Assembly (NCBI GenBank): GCA_030390025.1
Contig: CM059431.1
Coordinates: 109,928,001 to 109,992,000, forward strand
DNA from: Squalus acanthias
Lineage: Eukaryota
Direction of reading: 5' to 3'
DNA: 64,000 nucleotides
Of this stretch, positions 62,605 to 64,000 are shown piece after piece (positions within the stretch are counted from its first letter, which is position 1; each line of letters starts with the position of its first letter). The notes below the pieces were generated by a model. It did not search any database. It was not told where the DNA came from and saw only the letters and a list, made by a program, of their open reading frames with translations. A program made the translations under genes and the position numbers.

Positions 62605-62890
62605 AAAGTCTTGCATGTGGGCGCACTGGCAATGCCCAATATATTGCCCATTCCTATTTGCAATGAGTATATTGAGTCAACCATGTAGTTTGGAACTGAA
62701 GTCACATGTAGGCCAGACCAGGTAGGGGTGGCCGGTTCCCTTCCCTGAAGGACATTAGTGAACCAATTACTGTATTATGGTTATTTTATCTGCTGCTGGC
62801 CCACGAATCACCCAGCTTTAATGAATTCAGTTTCCAAACTTGCCATGATGGAATGTGAACTGACAACCTGGATTGCTGGTCCACTACGCT
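62605..62890 (-). mobile_element. Decayed SINE-like repeat
   Basis: One end resembles the family B LINE tail; core GTAGGCCAGACCAGGTA..CCTTCCCTGAAGGACATTAGTGAACC recalled as a common shark repeat. Family not named. Confidence 0.45.
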
Positions 62891-64000
62891 ATCATACTCT
62901 CAACAGAAGTGAAGATAGATATAAAACAGTTTGATAATTAGTAACGTAACTGAAAGCAATGATCAGAGGTAGGTTTGAAGGAGAGGTAGCTGGGCAGAAG
63001 GAATGGGGAACAGTGTTCTAGAGGGGGTCCTAGATAGCTTTGCTAATGAAGTTGGTGGGGAAGGATGTAGATACCAGTATTGGAAGAGGCAGAAGATATG
63101 CACTGACAGAGCTGGAGAAGATTGCAAGTTTGAGAGGGTGCAGGTTGCAGAAAGGTTTGTAAATAAAGATCAGGCTTTTGGATTCAATGCATTGGCAGAT
63201 GAGCAATCGATACTGGCGAGGGTAGAGGTGATAACAGAGCAGGACAAGATGTCAGTGGTTGACCTTTTGCCATGTGTATTTTGGAGAATCGAAGTCAGCA
63301 GACTGGTGAGTGTTGGAGAAGTTGAGCCTGGAGGTGACCAGGTTTCGAGTGTTTCAGTGGCAGTGTGGGTGCAGTAAAGGTGGAGCTGGGAGTCATTGGT
63401 GCTGGATAGGATGTGTGGTTTGAAGTTCAGACAGGACAACAATGCACATCATCAGAAATGGGTTCAAAAGTCAGCAGTTGATATCCAGAGGTCAGTTTCT
63501 GAAGACCTAGCCGTAAGGAACGTAAGAGAACTTGTAGAAAATTGGCACCTTCTGTGCTTTATAGCCAAGACAGGGATATCACCATTAATTTGTGTTGGGA
63601 AGGGCAGTTATCCTGCATGCAAATTAGAATTCCCCAACCTTAAGGAGGATTATCCAGATCAGTGAACTTAGAAACAGGTTAAAATGACCAGTCTGCATTG
63701 TTCCAGGGCCAGAGACGGTTCCAGCTGGGATTTTATTCCTGGTACTCAAAATAATCAAGAGATCTTACCCAGCACTTACAAACCAAACTCCCTAGAAGAC
63801 GACTGTACAAAACGGCTGGGTAATTGGCTATGACAGACATTAAGACCACCTATTTCCAGGTGGCAGTTCATACAATCCTTTAATTTGTGCACCTCCCCCC
63901 TCCCTTATAAACTGCCACAAAAAGAAAGACTTGCATTTCTATAGCGCCTTTCACGACCACCGGACGTCTCAAAGCGCTTTACAGCCAATGAAGTGGAGTC

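Noticed and set aside
58444..64000. DIS3, which follows BORA convergently in human
   Set aside because: No DIS3-like exon recognised on the minus strand; it probably lies beyond the window.
129..64000. Remaining short ORFs (60-150 aa) in the ORF track
   Set aside because: They overlap SINEs, LINEs, MITEs or AT-rich intron sequence and show no recognisable protein features or splice context.

Overview
Repeat-rich vertebrate genomic DNA, most likely a shark or other chondrichthyan (inferred from DeuSINE/SacSINE1-like and HE1-like V-SINEs and abundant CR1 LINEs). It holds two head-to-head mitotic genes. MZT1 (minus strand, 3 coding exons, 71 aa) starts at 16089. BORA (plus strand) starts at 31119, has 11 coding exons plus a candidate 12th, and gives about 607 or 642 aa. 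A CpG-rich shared promoter with CCAAT and CHR-like motifs lies at about 15.85-16.4 kb. Directly next to it is an ~8.3 kb purine-rich minisatellite (27-bp unit, palindromic GGTA-NNN-TACC core, 2286-bp higher-order duplication) that begins at a plausible BORA first-exon splice donor. The rest is transposable elements: a near full-length CR1 LINE, many truncated CR1/L2/Tx1 pieces, SINEs, PIF/Harbinger-like and hAT MITEs, and Penelope-derived pieces carrying minimal hammerhead ribozyme motifs, one of them inside a 92-bp-arm palindrome. No prokaryote-type system or CRISPR array is present. All assignments come from reading and translating the sequence and from recalled family knowledge; no searches were run.
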